The notes: generated by a model not told the origin, from the letters alone. Counted from the stretch's first letter, positions 19,312 through 28,704 are shown. The stretch: DNA of 64,000 nt from Gemmatimonadaceae bacterium (GCA_031409715.1 JANNXU010000084.1:63704-127703), one strand, 5' to 3'. Numbers and translations are program-made.

Positions 19312-20610
19312 ATGACATCCACGGTCGTGCCCAGCACCGCGAACCGCCTCCGCTCGATCGTCGGCGGGTCGGTCGGCAACCTCGTCGAGTGGTACGACTG
19401 GTACGCCTACTCGGCGTTCTCGCTCTACTTCGCGAAATCGTTCTTCCCGCCGGCCGACCAGACCGTGCAGCTGCTGAACGCGGCGGCGGTGTTCGCGGTG
19501 GGCTTCCTGATGCGGCCACTCGGCGGGTGGCTGATGGGTCGCTACGCCGACCGGCACGGGCGGCGCACGGCGCTGACGGCGTCGGTGCTGCTGATGTGCG
19601 CCGGGTCGCTGCTGATCGCGGTCACGCCGACGTACGCGCGCATCGGCATGGCGGCGCCGGCGCTGCTGGTGATCGCGCGCATGCTGCAGGGTGTGAGTGT
19701 GGGCGGCGAATACGGCGCGAGCGCGACGTACCTGAGCGAGATGGCGGGGCACGAGCATCGCGGGTTCTGGTCCAGCTTCCAGTACGTGACGCTGATCATG
19801 GGGCAGCTGCTGGCGCTGGGTGTGCTGCTGGTGCTGCAGCGCACGATGAGCACGGCGTCGCTGGAGATGTGGGGGTGGCGCATCCCGTTCGTGATCGGCG
19901 CGGCCTGTGCGCTGGTGGCGGTGACGCTGCGGCGCGGCATGGAAGAGACGACCGCCTTCACGCGCACCGTGCAGCCCGGCACCACGCGCGGGTCAGCACT
20001 GGCGGGACTGCTGGCGCACCCACGGTCGGTGGCAACGGTGTTCGGGCTGACCGCCGGCGGGACGGTGGCGTTCTACACGTTCACGACGTACGCCCAGAAG
20101 TTCCTGGTGAACACGGCAGGATTCACCAAGTCGGATGCCACGCTCGTCTCGGCGGCGTCACTGGCGATCTTCATGTGCGTGCAGCCGCTGGTGGGGACGA
20201 TTTCCGATCGCATCGGTCGGCGCCCCGTGCTGATGACGTTCGGTGTGGTGGGCACGCTTGGCACGCTGCCGCTGCTGACGGCATTGTCGAAGGCGGCGAC
20301 ATTCGGGAGTGCGCTGCTGCTGCTGACGCTCGCGCTGCTGGCGGTGAGCGGCTACACGGCGATCAACGCGGTGGTGAAGGCGGAGCTGTTCCCCGCGCAC
20401 GTGCGGGCACTGGGTGTGGCGTTTCCGTATGCGATCGCGGTGTCCGTGTTCGGCGGCACGGCGGAGTATCTGGCGCTCTGGTTCAAGAACATGGGCCACG
20501 AGCAGTGGTTCTACTGGTACGTGACGGCGTGCATTGCAGTGAGTCTGGTGGTGTATGCGACGATGCCGGAGACGCGGCACAGTGCGGCAATGCGCGAGGG
20601 TGAGGGGTGA
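19312..20610 (+). CDS. MFS transporter, metabolite:H+ symporter family (KgtP/ProP-like)
   Basis: Motifs: VGNLVEWYDWYAYSAF and the RPLGGWLMGRYADRHGRR loop (MFS motif A). About 12 hydrophobic segments are present. The start is moved from GTG 19291 to ATG 19312. Confidence 0.88.
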   Translation: MTSTVVPSTANRLRSIVGGSVGNLVEWYDWYAYSAFSLYFAKSFFPPADQTVQLLNAAAVFAVGFLMRPLGGWLMGRYADRHGRRTALTASVLLMCAGSLLIAVTPTYARIGMAAPALLVIARMLQGVSVGGEYGASATYLSEMAGHEHRGFWSSFQYVTLIMGQLLALGVLLVLQRTMSTASLEMWGWRIPFVIGAACALVAVTLRRGMEETTAFTRTVQPGTTRGSALAGLLAHPRSVATVFGLTAGGTVAFYTFTTYAQKFLVNTAGFTKSDATLVSAASLAIFMCVQPLVGTISDRIGRRPVLMTFGVVGTLGTLPLLTALSKAATFGSALLLLTLALLAVSGYTAINAVVKAELFPAHVRALGVAFPYAIAVSVFGGTAEYLALWFKNMGHEQWFYWYVTACIAVSLVVYATMPETRHSAAMREGEG

Positions 20611-20646
20611 GTGCGGGGTGCCATCACCCGTGTGGGTGACGGCGTG

Positions 20647-21519
20647 ATGCGTCGGGTCGCTTACCGTTATCTGGTGCGAACTCGACGGACGTCGATGGGC
20701 GGAGCACTGCACGTTGCTGCGTGCGCGCTGGTGCTCGGTTGCGGGCCGTCGGCGTCACGTAGCACGCTGCCACCGGCACCGACGCTCGGCCAGTGGGTCT
20801 GGACGCGCGCCGACGCAGCGCGCTTCGTCGAGAGTGCGGCGGCGCGGCGGGGCCTGCTGGCAGGCGTATTCGTCGGCGCGGTGCGCTGTGACACCGCATC
20901 TGGCACGGTGGTCGCCACGGCCGGACTGCCGCCCGATGTCGTGCCGGTGGCGACGCCGGTGGCAGTGATCCGCTTCGAGGATGGACTCGATCAGTGCCGC
21001 GGCGTGTCCGATCGCTCGGCGGCGTTCGAGGCGGCGGTGGACAGTGCTGTGGGCGTGCTGCGCCGGCGCGGCGGGAACGTGGCCTACGGTGCGGTGCAGC
21101 TCGACTTCGATGCGCCGCAGCGCGCGTTGCGGGCGTGGGCGACGACGGTGCGGCGGCTGCGGACGGGGGCGCTGCGCGGCGACAGCGTCTGGGTGACGTC
21201 GCTGGTGGCGCACCTGCGTGAGCCGGAATACGGCGCGCTGTTCGGCGGCGTCGTGAGCGGTCACGTGCTGCAGGTGTTCGACACCGGTGAACCGGCAACG
21301 GAGCCGCGGGTGGCCGAGGCGGTGCGGCTGGTGCGGCGCGCGGGGGTACCGTTCCAGATCGGTGTTGGCGCGTTCGAGCGCGAGACGCGGCGTGGGCGGA
21401 CCGAGCATCGCGCCTGGTTCGACGCGATCCCGCGGTTCGCGGAGGTGGAAGGGTATGCAGGCGTCTGGGTTTTTCCCGCCGGGCACCGGTGGGTGACATT
21501 GTTTCCGGAGCGGATGTGA
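20647..21519 (+). CDS. Hypothetical lipoprotein
   Basis: The lipobox-like sequence is AACALVLGCGPS. The ORF opens at GTG 20611, directly after the MFS stop, so the start (20611, 20647 or later) is uncertain. Confidence 0.55.
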   Translation: MRRVAYRYLVRTRRTSMGGALHVAACALVLGCGPSASRSTLPPAPTLGQWVWTRADAARFVESAAARRGLLAGVFVGAVRCDTASGTVVATAGLPPDVVPVATPVAVIRFEDGLDQCRGVSDRSAAFEAAVDSAVGVLRRRGGNVAYGAVQLDFDAPQRALRAWATTVRRLRTGALRGDSVWVTSLVAHLREPEYGALFGGVVSGHVLQVFDTGEPATEPRVAEAVRLVRRAGVPFQIGVGAFERETRRGRTEHRAWFDAIPRFAEVEGYAGVWVFPAGHRWVTLFPERM

Positions 21520-23489
21520 TGCGACGTGGCTGGCTGGTGCCGACGGCGATGATGACGGTGGCGACGGTGGCGTTCCCGTGTGGCGGGTCGAACAGCTACG
21601 ACGTGGATGGCCCGCTGGCGTCGTCGGTGACGTATGCCGAACGGGCGCTCTATCCGGTGATCGACATGCTGGACAACGTCACGCGGGACGAGATTCGCTT
21701 TCTGCCCGGGCTGATGCGAGCGGACTCCGTGCGTTTCGCAGCGCTGATCGGGCGGCCTCCGCTGGTCGTGTCGTGGTGGGACACGACGACGAAGGTGCGC
21801 GTGGCCGAGCCGTCGGCGAGGTCGCTGGAGGCGGCGTGGGCCCGTGGTGACGTGGACGCCGCCACCGGTGCAGCGCGCACACTCGTGGCGGCGATCATGG
21901 GGATGCCGTTCGCGCCCGACTCGGCACGCGACGCCGCGTTGCGGCTGGCGGTGGAGACGATCGAGCTGGCGCCGGCGGTGGCGGCGCAGCCCGTCGCGTC
22001 GCGCAAGGCGGCATTCACGCGACTGGCGCAGCCGGCGCGGATGACACCGTTCGACTCACTCCCGGCACTGCTGGCGCGTGACCCACAGTCACCGCGGCGG
22101 GCATCGCTCGAGTACGCGGCGCTGCGCGGTGCCGTGCGCACGGGGATTCCGGACGACACGCGTGAGGAGATCGCGAAGCAGGTGCCGGCGGCGCGGTGGG
22201 ATTCGCTGCAGGGGGCGCATCGTGGGTGGCTGTCACGGTATCCGCAGCATCCGTACGCGACGCTGGTGGCGCTGCAGCGCATGCGGCTGTTCTATCTCGC
22301 ATCGCAGAACGACAGCGCGTGGGTTGCAGCGGTCGCGCTCTACGCCACGCATCCCGTGCGTGCGGCCAGCGAGATGCGGTACATGTTGCAGACGGCTGCG
22401 CTGCCGTCGGCGTCGTTCCTGACCGAAACGCGGGTGCCACTGGAGGTGCGCGCGTCGCTGGTGGGCAACATGCGACCGTCCAGCGCGGCATGGTCTGCGC
22501 TGGGCGTGGCGGCCATGTGGAGTCGGCGTGATCCGCTGAGTGACAACCTGCAGGAGCGCCTGCTCGCGGCGATTGCGTCTGATTCATCGGCGGTCGTCGT
22601 GCTGCCGGCGACGTTCCCCGCGTGGCAGCCCACGCGATCACCGCTCTGGCGATACCTCTGGGCGGCGAGCCTGCTGCGCGCCGGACGGGCGAACGACGCG
22701 CTGCCGTTCACGACGATCCCGGTCACGCTGGCGCAGGATTCACTGCTCCACGAGGAGGCGGTGAATCTCACCGCGCGCATTCACCTCGCGCGCGCCGACT
22801 ATGTCGCGGCGGCCGCGACGCGCGGTCTCGACGGGTGGACTCGGCGCTACATCGTTCGCGTGCTCACGCCGGACAGTATCGTGCCGCAGCTGGCGGCGGT
22901 GACTGATGCCGCAGTCTCGCACGAGGCGCGGCTGCTGCTCGCGGTTCGTGCGGCGCAGGCAGGCCAGTGGAGTGCTGCGGCGTCGCAGGTGCGACCGTTC
23001 GATGCGCCGCGCGCGGCACTCTACACGCGGATCGGCACGCTGGCGCGTGACACGGTGTCGAACGCCGGACTGCTGCGATATGCGGGTGCGCTGGCCGCAG
23101 CCGGTGGCCGACTGTTCAACGAATCGTCGCGCTATTTCTACCGCGGGCTGATGAATCGTGACTATGCGCTGAACCCGCAGTACGACGCCGACGGACGTAC
23201 ACGGTGGGACCTGCCCTGGTCTCGGGAGCATGAGCGGACGCGGATGTTCCGGGCGCTGCGCGAAGGTTCGGAGCGGATGCTGGCGCTGACGGCATTCGCA
23301 TCGTACTTCGACCGACCCGGTGTGACGGCCGCGCAACGTGCGGCGGCGGTGCGGCTGGCCGACAGGACGTATCGGCAGCTGCTGGATACCGACCCGTCGC
23401 GGAACGATTCGGGGTTCTGGGTAGACTCGCTCCCGTCGAGCGCTGAAGGGCGTGCGATCCGGCGCGCGGGGCGCCGGCCGGGTGCGTGA
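21519..23489 (+). CDS. Hypothetical protein (about 656 aa, helix-rich), probable lipoprotein
   Basis: MRRGWLVPTAMMTVATVAFPCGGS. ATG 21519 overlaps the upstream TGA by 1 nt. GC3 is high and no family was recognised. Confidence 0.6.
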   Translation: MRRGWLVPTAMMTVATVAFPCGGSNSYDVDGPLASSVTYAERALYPVIDMLDNVTRDEIRFLPGLMRADSVRFAALIGRPPLVVSWWDTTTKVRVAEPSARSLEAAWARGDVDAATGAARTLVAAIMGMPFAPDSARDAALRLAVETIELAPAVAAQPVASRKAAFTRLAQPARMTPFDSLPALLARDPQSPRRASLEYAALRGAVRTGIPDDTREEIAKQVPAARWDSLQGAHRGWLSRYPQHPYATLVALQRMRLFYLASQNDSAWVAAVALYATHPVRAASEMRYMLQTAALPSASFLTETRVPLEVRASLVGNMRPSSAAWSALGVAAMWSRRDPLSDNLQERLLAAIASDSSAVVVLPATFPAWQPTRSPLWRYLWAASLLRAGRANDALPFTTIPVTLAQDSLLHEEAVNLTARIHLARADYVAAAATRGLDGWTRRYIVRVLTPDSIVPQLAAVTDAAVSHEARLLLAVRAAQAGQWSAAASQVRPFDAPRAALYTRIGTLARDTVSNAGLLRYAGALAAAGGRLFNESSRYFYRGLMNRDYALNPQYDADGRTRWDLPWSREHERTRMFRALREGSERMLALTAFASYFDRPGVTAAQRAAAVRLADRTYRQLLDTDPSRNDSGFWVDSLPSSAEGRAIRRAGRRPGA

Positions 23490-23590
23490 AAATGGTGACG
23501 CTGGCGTGGATTCCAGGCGGTAGACTGGTGGCGTGCGGTGCACCGTGGCGGCATGCACCCCGCTTCTTCGCCCTCAGCCGAGCCTAGCAT

Positions 23591-24154
23591 ATGGCCATGC
23601 GATCCCCCACGCGCTCCGATTGGACCGTCGCGGAGCTGCAGCAGTTGCCCGACGACGGCAACCGCTACGAGATCATCGACGGGGTGCTGTACATGACCCC
23701 GGCGCCTCGTGCGGTGCATCAGCTGGTCGCTGGCGAACTCTTCGTGCTGCTGAAGCTCTACGGCAAGGCGGCCGGGCAGATGGTGTTTTTCGCTCCCGCG
23801 GACGTCACGTTTTCGGATCGGACACTGGTGCAGCCCGACGTGTTCGCGTTTCCGGCGCCGGCAAGTATCACCTCGTTCAGCTACACCGACATCACGCATC
23901 TCGATCTCGCAATCGAAGTCCTGTCGCCAGAGACGGCGCGCGTGGACCGCTTCATCAAGCGACGCCTGTACCAGCGGCAGGGCGTGACCGAATACTGGAT
24001 CGTGGATGCGGACACGCGATCGGTGGAGCGGTGGCGTCCCGACTCGGTCGAGGGCGAACGGATCACCGGGGCGCTCTCATGGCAGCCGCGGCCGGAGCAT
24101 GCGGCGCTGATGATCGAGCTGTCGACGCTGTTCCGGGACGCACTGGGCGAGTAA
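23591..24154 (+). CDS. Uma2-family (DUF820) PD-(D/E)XK endonuclease
   Basis: Hallmarks: W.V.E....PDDGNRYEIIDGVLYMTPAP, VQPDV, AIEVLSPET, K...Y...GV.EYWIVD. The second ATG (23597) may be the real start. Confidence 0.85.
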   Translation: MAMRSPTRSDWTVAELQQLPDDGNRYEIIDGVLYMTPAPRAVHQLVAGELFVLLKLYGKAAGQMVFFAPADVTFSDRTLVQPDVFAFPAPASITSFSYTDITHLDLAIEVLSPETARVDRFIKRRLYQRQGVTEYWIVDADTRSVERWRPDSVEGERITGALSWQPRPEHAALMIELSTLFRDALGE

Positions 24155-24197
24155 TGCGGACCCGGTGGCTCACCGGGGCAGCCGTCGCGGCGCGGGG

Positions 24198-24203
24198 TAG
24201 ATT
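24198..24203 (+). promoter_or_regulatory. Putative -10 box TAGATT, 5 nt upstream of ATG 24209 (leaderless candidate)
   Basis: The sequence reads GGGTAGATT-ccggc-ATG. Confidence 0.45.
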
Positions 24204-24208
24204 CCGGC

Positions 24209-26866
24209 ATGCGTGACATCCGCGACCGATACCTCCCGCCCGACCCGGATGCCTTCCGGGAGGCGCGACCCGCCCGTGGGCGCGTCATCATCATCGCCCC
24301 CACCCGGGCCGCCTGCGAGACGATCGAGCTCGCCTTCACGCTGAACCTCCAGACGTACCTGGAGACGCACCACGGCACACGCCTCCGCGAACTGGCGGCC
24401 AGCGGGAAGGGCTTCGGGATCGTCGCCGGCACGGGCACGGGCAAGACGCTGGCGGTGCGCCCGATCGCGGAAACGATCCTCGGCGAAGCGCTGCGCGTCG
24501 GCGTGATCAACCGCGAGCGCGAGGCCACGCCGGAGACGCCACAGTGGAACGTGATCATCGTGACCACCGGCATCGCGCGGCGCTGGTTTCAGGACGGTGA
24601 CATCGACGAGCACGACACGGTGGTCGTGGACGAGATCCACCAGACCTCGGCCGAACTCGAACTGTGCCTGGCACTCGGCAAGCGGGCGCGCTGCCGCTTC
24701 ATCTGGCTGTCGGCCACCGTCGATCCGTCGTTCTACTCGCAGTATCTCGACAGCGGCGACGTGCTGGAGGTATACAGCTTCGACGAGGCGAAGAAGGCGA
24801 CGGTGGAGGTGCTGACGCGCAGTCCAGCCGACTTCCTCGACGACAAGTTCCTGAAGAAGGTGATCGCGGAGCGCCGCGGCGTGGCGATGTTCCTGCCGAC
24901 GCGCGCCGGCACGGAGGATGCTGCGCGGCACGTGCAGGAGAGCTACCCGAAGATCCACGCGCAGCACTACCACGGCGGTGAGCCGATCCGCGTGATCCGG
25001 CAGTATCTGGACGAGGGCGGTGTGCCCAAGCCGTTCTTCCTGTCGATGACGGCAGCCGGTCAGAGCGCGATCACGGTGCAGGGGCTGGACACGGTGATCA
25101 TCGACGACACGCGATTCACCAACATGGTCGACAAGGGTCGCAACGTGCTCACGCGCGTGCACCTGGGTGCGAACGAACTGCTGCAGATGGCGGGTCGCGT
25201 GCATGGACGCGTGGCGGGCGGACGGGTGTTCATCCTGTCCGATCGCCGCATCCCGTTCGAGCAGCTGCGGCCCGAGTTGCCCGAGTTCCAGCTGGCCGGC
25301 GACAGCGAGCGGGTGGCGATCACCTGCGCGGCGATCGGTGTGCGCGCCGACGATCTCGAGCTGCCGGTGCCGCTGGACAGGGTCGCCTACCGCCGCGCGG
25401 TGGCGCTGCTCGAGACGCGCAACCTCGTCGCCAACGGTCGCCTGACGGACTACGGCCGCGCTGTCGAGAAGATGCCGGTGGAGCGGCCGTGGGCCGAGCT
25501 GCTGGTGAACAGCGACGACGACCTGGTGCCCTACGTGGCGGTGATGAGCGGCGTGGAAAGCCTGCACAGGATGACGCGCGAGGATCGCAACCTGGACAGC
25601 ATGCTGATCCCGGGCAGCGACCATCTGACGGCGTACAACGTGTATGCCGAGGCGTTCACGAAGTACGGGTACGTGGGCACCGTGTATGGATTACCGCGCC
25701 AGCTCTTCCACGACGAGATCGCGGAGTGGGCGGAGGTGAAGGGCGTGCTGGTGAAGTCGCTGGAGGATGCGGCGCTGGCGATGGCGAGCGTCTATCGCTC
25801 GTTGAATGCGCCGTTGCCGACCGCGTTGCCGAGGGCAACCGAGGCGACGCGGGCGCGCTTCAGTGAGCTGCTGGCGCAGGTGATGCCGTTCGACCTCGTG
25901 ATCGACGAGGAGACGGCCTGGGGTGAGAGTGCGCGCGTGGGGAAGACGAGCGTCTGCGGGAGCTGGGGCGCGGTGGCGGGCACCCTGCGCTTCTTCGCCG
26001 ACCGGATGGGTATCCCGCGCGCGTCGATCGAGGGGACGCAGATCGCGCCGGCGCTGCTGCGGACGTTCGCGCACTACGGCGAGAGCACGCTGGCGTACGA
26101 CCCGCACAAGCGGCAGGGGCAGCTCGTGCGCACGCGGCGTGTGACGTACGGCGGCTTCGAGCTGGAACGCGAGACGGAGGTGCTTGGCGACTTCACGCCC
26201 GACGTGGCATCGCAGGCGCGCGACGTGCTGGCCGACGCGTTCGCGACGGAGCAGGTGCGCCATCCGGCCCTGGAGCGCAATCGTCCGATGGTTGCGGAGG
26301 CGCGTGAGGTATGGCGGCGCAGCGGCGGTGTGACTCGACGCGTGTCACAGGCCGATGTGGCGGCGTGGTATCGCGCGCGCATCGACGGTGTGGAGTCGGT
26401 GAATGACCTGAAGCACCTGCCGCTTCGGATGACGTGGGACGACTGGGTGTCACCGGAGGAACGAGCGCGCTATGAGGCGTTGCCGCACATGGTGAGCGTG
26501 CGGGATCGCCAGGTGCCGGTGGAATACGACGTGGAGGAGCGCGACGACGGCTCGCTGTTCGGCGTGGCGAAGCTGCGGCTGCCGGAGAAGCTGGCGCGCA
26601 CGCTGGTGACGGAGGAACTGCCGCCGTTCGACCGTCCGTACCGCTTCGTCGTGCTGCGTGGTCAGCGTGGCTCGGCGCGGGGTCGTACGCTGGACGAGTT
26701 GCAGGAGGCGCTGGATGCGCCGTGGATGCCGGACGAACTGGCGACGCTCGGTGACTCGTATGGCGCGCGGAAGGGTGGTCGTGAGCGAGCGCGCGAGGAG
26801 TACCAGCGGGGGAAGGAGCGACGGTCGGTCATTCCGCCCAGGAAGCGGGGCCGGAAGGGGCGTTAG
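24209..26866 (+). CDS. DEAH/RHA-type (HrpA/HrpB-like) helicase with an uncharacterised ~450-aa C-terminal region
   Basis: Motifs: AGTGTGKT (Walker A), VVVDEIHQ (motif II), LSATVD (III), QMAGRVHGR (VI-like). Length is 885 aa. Confidence 0.85.
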   Translation: MRDIRDRYLPPDPDAFREARPARGRVIIIAPTRAACETIELAFTLNLQTYLETHHGTRLRELAASGKGFGIVAGTGTGKTLAVRPIAETILGEALRVGVINREREATPETPQWNVIIVTTGIARRWFQDGDIDEHDTVVVDEIHQTSAELELCLALGKRARCRFIWLSATVDPSFYSQYLDSGDVLEVYSFDEAKKATVEVLTRSPADFLDDKFLKKVIAERRGVAMFLPTRAGTEDAARHVQESYPKIHAQHYHGGEPIRVIRQYLDEGGVPKPFFLSMTAAGQSAITVQGLDTVIIDDTRFTNMVDKGRNVLTRVHLGANELLQMAGRVHGRVAGGRVFILSDRRIPFEQLRPELPEFQLAGDSERVAITCAAIGVRADDLELPVPLDRVAYRRAVALLETRNLVANGRLTDYGRAVEKMPVERPWAELLVNSDDDLVPYVAVMSGVESLHRMTREDRNLDSMLIPGSDHLTAYNVYAEAFTKYGYVGTVYGLPRQLFHDEIAEWAEVKGVLVKSLEDAALAMASVYRSLNAPLPTALPRATEATRARFSELLAQVMPFDLVIDEETAWGESARVGKTSVCGSWGAVAGTLRFFADRMGIPRASIEGTQIAPALLRTFAHYGESTLAYDPHKRQGQLVRTRRVTYGGFELERETEVLGDFTPDVASQARDVLADAFATEQVRHPALERNRPMVAEAREVWRRSGGVTRRVSQADVAAWYRARIDGVESVNDLKHLPLRMTWDDWVSPEERARYEALPHMVSVRDRQVPVEYDVEERDDGSLFGVAKLRLPEKLARTLVTEELPPFDRPYRFVVLRGQRGSARGRTLDELQEALDAPWMPDELATLGDSYGARKGGRERAREEYQRGKERRSVIPPRKRGRKGR

Positions 26867-26965
26867 TCGGTGTGGCTCGACGGTCTCCACGAGCAACACG
26901 TTTCGTCGGTGTGGCTCGACGATCGTCGACAGCAGGACGCTTTGTCGGTGTGGCTCGACGATCGT

Positions 26966-26982
<17 letters not shown>
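26866..26982. repeat. 39-bp tandem repeat x3 starting at the helicase stop codon
   Basis: GTCGGTGTGGCTCGACG(G/A)TC... begins at 26866, 26905 and 26944. The tail of the third unit merges into the A-type module. Confidence 0.9.
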
Positions 26983-27180
<198 letters not shown>

Positions 27181-27226
27181 AATCCGTGTGCTTCGTGGGC
27201 GGTGATTGCCCGGAGACGGCGTTGGA

Positions 27227-27240
27227 GGACCGTTCGGTCC
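27227..27240. promoter_or_regulatory. 14-bp palindrome GGACCGTTCGGTCC (distal copy of the putative TetR operator)
   Basis: The palindrome is perfect and is followed by TAGTGA. It has the same half-sites as the copy at 27352. Confidence 0.5.
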
Positions 27241-27351
27241 TAGTGAAATGCTGAAAAGTTCGTGGTCGAAAGGTCGTCCTGGTTGCTGCTTGCCGCGTAA
27301 GTCATTCTCTTGCAATGACTTGCGCGGCTTTTCCGTTCGGGGTTGCGTATT

Positions 27352-27371
27352 GGACCGAGCGGTCCTAGTTT
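27352..27371 (+). promoter_or_regulatory. Palindrome GGACCGAGCGGTCC abutting the putative -10 box TAGTTT of tetR
   Basis: GGACCGAGCGGTCC (27352-27365) is followed by TAGTTT (27366-27371), 7 nt, then GTG 27379. Confidence 0.55.
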
Positions 27372-27378
27372 CACCCTC

Positions 27379-27996
27379 GTGAATACCCGACGCTCTCAGA
27401 TCCTCGATGTGGCAGCCGTGCTGATTGGGCGGCAGGGGTATTCCGCGACGTCCGTCGATGATGTCATTCGGGAATCGCGGCTGAGTGGCAAGAGTCACTT
27501 CTACCACTACTTCCGGAGCAAGGAAGAGCTCGGGTTCGAGGTGCTGGACCGGCAGTTCGAGCGATTCGCGGAGCGAGGTCTGGCGATCCTGCGGGAGCCG
27601 ATGATCGACCCGCTGGAGCGTCTCTACCTCTTCATCGATTCGCTGGTGGCGGCGCATGCCGAGCGCGGGTGTCACGGCGGATCGCCGTTCGGGACGCTGG
27701 CGGCGGAGATGGCTGATGCGCACGAAGGGTTCAGGCTGAGGATCGCGCAGGTGTTCGTGCGATGGTCCGGTCAGATCCAGTCGCTGCTCTGGGAGGCGCG
27801 GCCGCAGTTGCAGGATGACGTGGACGCGGTTCGGCTGTCGCGCTTCATCATCGCGGCGCTGGAAGGGGGGCTGATGATGTCGCGCGTGAAGCGGGACATC
27901 ACGGTGATGGAAGGGATCGCGCTGGACCTGAAGCGATTCATTTCGACGCACCTGCGCGACCCCGGTGCGGGGCTGCATCCGCCGGCGGGAGTTTGA
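27379..27996 (+). CDS. TetR/AcrR-family transcriptional regulator
   Basis: The N-terminal HTH is RRSQILDVAAVLIGRQGYSATSVDDVIRESRLSGKSHFYHYFRSKEEL. The start is moved to GTG 27379, in frame with TTG 27343. Confidence 0.85.
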   Translation: MNTRRSQILDVAAVLIGRQGYSATSVDDVIRESRLSGKSHFYHYFRSKEELGFEVLDRQFERFAERGLAILREPMIDPLERLYLFIDSLVAAHAERGCHGGSPFGTLAAEMADAHEGFRLRIAQVFVRWSGQIQSLLWEARPQLQDDVDAVRLSRFIIAALEGGLMMSRVKRDITVMEGIALDLKRFISTHLRDPGAGLHPPAGV

Positions 27997-28080
27997 CGAA
28001 TGCATGACGCCGGGCAGGGCCGGTTTGGTAGGGCACATCGGGCACGGGCAGGCCACACGACAGGACCTCGGGAGCAGACC

Positions 28081-28704
28081 ATGTCGGCAACGCAGCAGCA
28101 GGAACGGACGAGAACGAAGGGCAACGCAGTCTCGCGCAGCGAGGCGCCGCTCGAAGGCCGTGCGCGGTTCGAGGCCGAGGCGTTGGTGCATCTTGATGCG
28201 ATGTACAGCTTTGCTCTGAAGCTGTCGCGTTCACGGGACGACGCTGAGGATCTCGTGTCCGACACGATCCTTCGTGCCTTCGAGCGCTGGGAGCAGTACC
28301 GACTCGGCACCAACATCCGGGCGTGGCTGTTCACGATCCTCTACCACGTCTTCGTGAGTCGCAAGCGTCGGATCGACGCGCGCGAGGTGCAGGCCACGGA
28401 CGAGACGGATGGCTGGGGCGCATTCGAGCCGGTGGGCGAGGCGAACCCCGAGGCGCGCTTCTACGAAACGTTCCTCGACGCGGAGATCACGACGGCGATC
28501 GACAACCTGCCTGACGAGTATCGTGCGGCGGTGGTGTTGTCGGACATCCACGAACTGCGGTATGCCGAGATCGCACACATCCTCGGGGTGCCCGAGGGGA
28601 CGGTGAAGAGCCGCCTGTTCCGCGGGCGTCGCATCCTGCAGAAGAAGCTGGTGGGGTATGCGATGGACATGGGGTACATCAAGTCCGTTCCCGAAGCGGC
28701 CTGA
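28081..28704 (+). CDS. ECF (sigma-70 family group IV) RNA polymerase sigma factor
   Basis: Region 2 is DAEDLVSDTILRAFERWEQY...WLFTILYHVF. Region 4 is YRAAVVLSDIHELRYAEIAHILGVPEGTVKSRLFRGR. GGGAG lies upstream of ATG 28081. Confidence 0.88.
   Translation: MSATQQQERTRTKGNAVSRSEAPLEGRARFEAEALVHLDAMYSFALKLSRSRDDAEDLVSDTILRAFERWEQYRLGTNIRAWLFTILYHVFVSRKRRIDAREVQATDETDGWGAFEPVGEANPEARFYETFLDAEITTAIDNLPDEYRAAVVLSDIHELRYAEIAHILGVPEGTVKSRLFRGRRILQKKLVGYAMDMGYIKSVPEAA

Noticed and set aside
27248-27381. A 44-aa small ORF (MLKSSWSKGRPGCC...) between the two GGACCG palindromes.
   Set aside because: GC3 is low, there is no RBS, it overlaps the operator/promoter elements, and its stop overlaps the tetR start.
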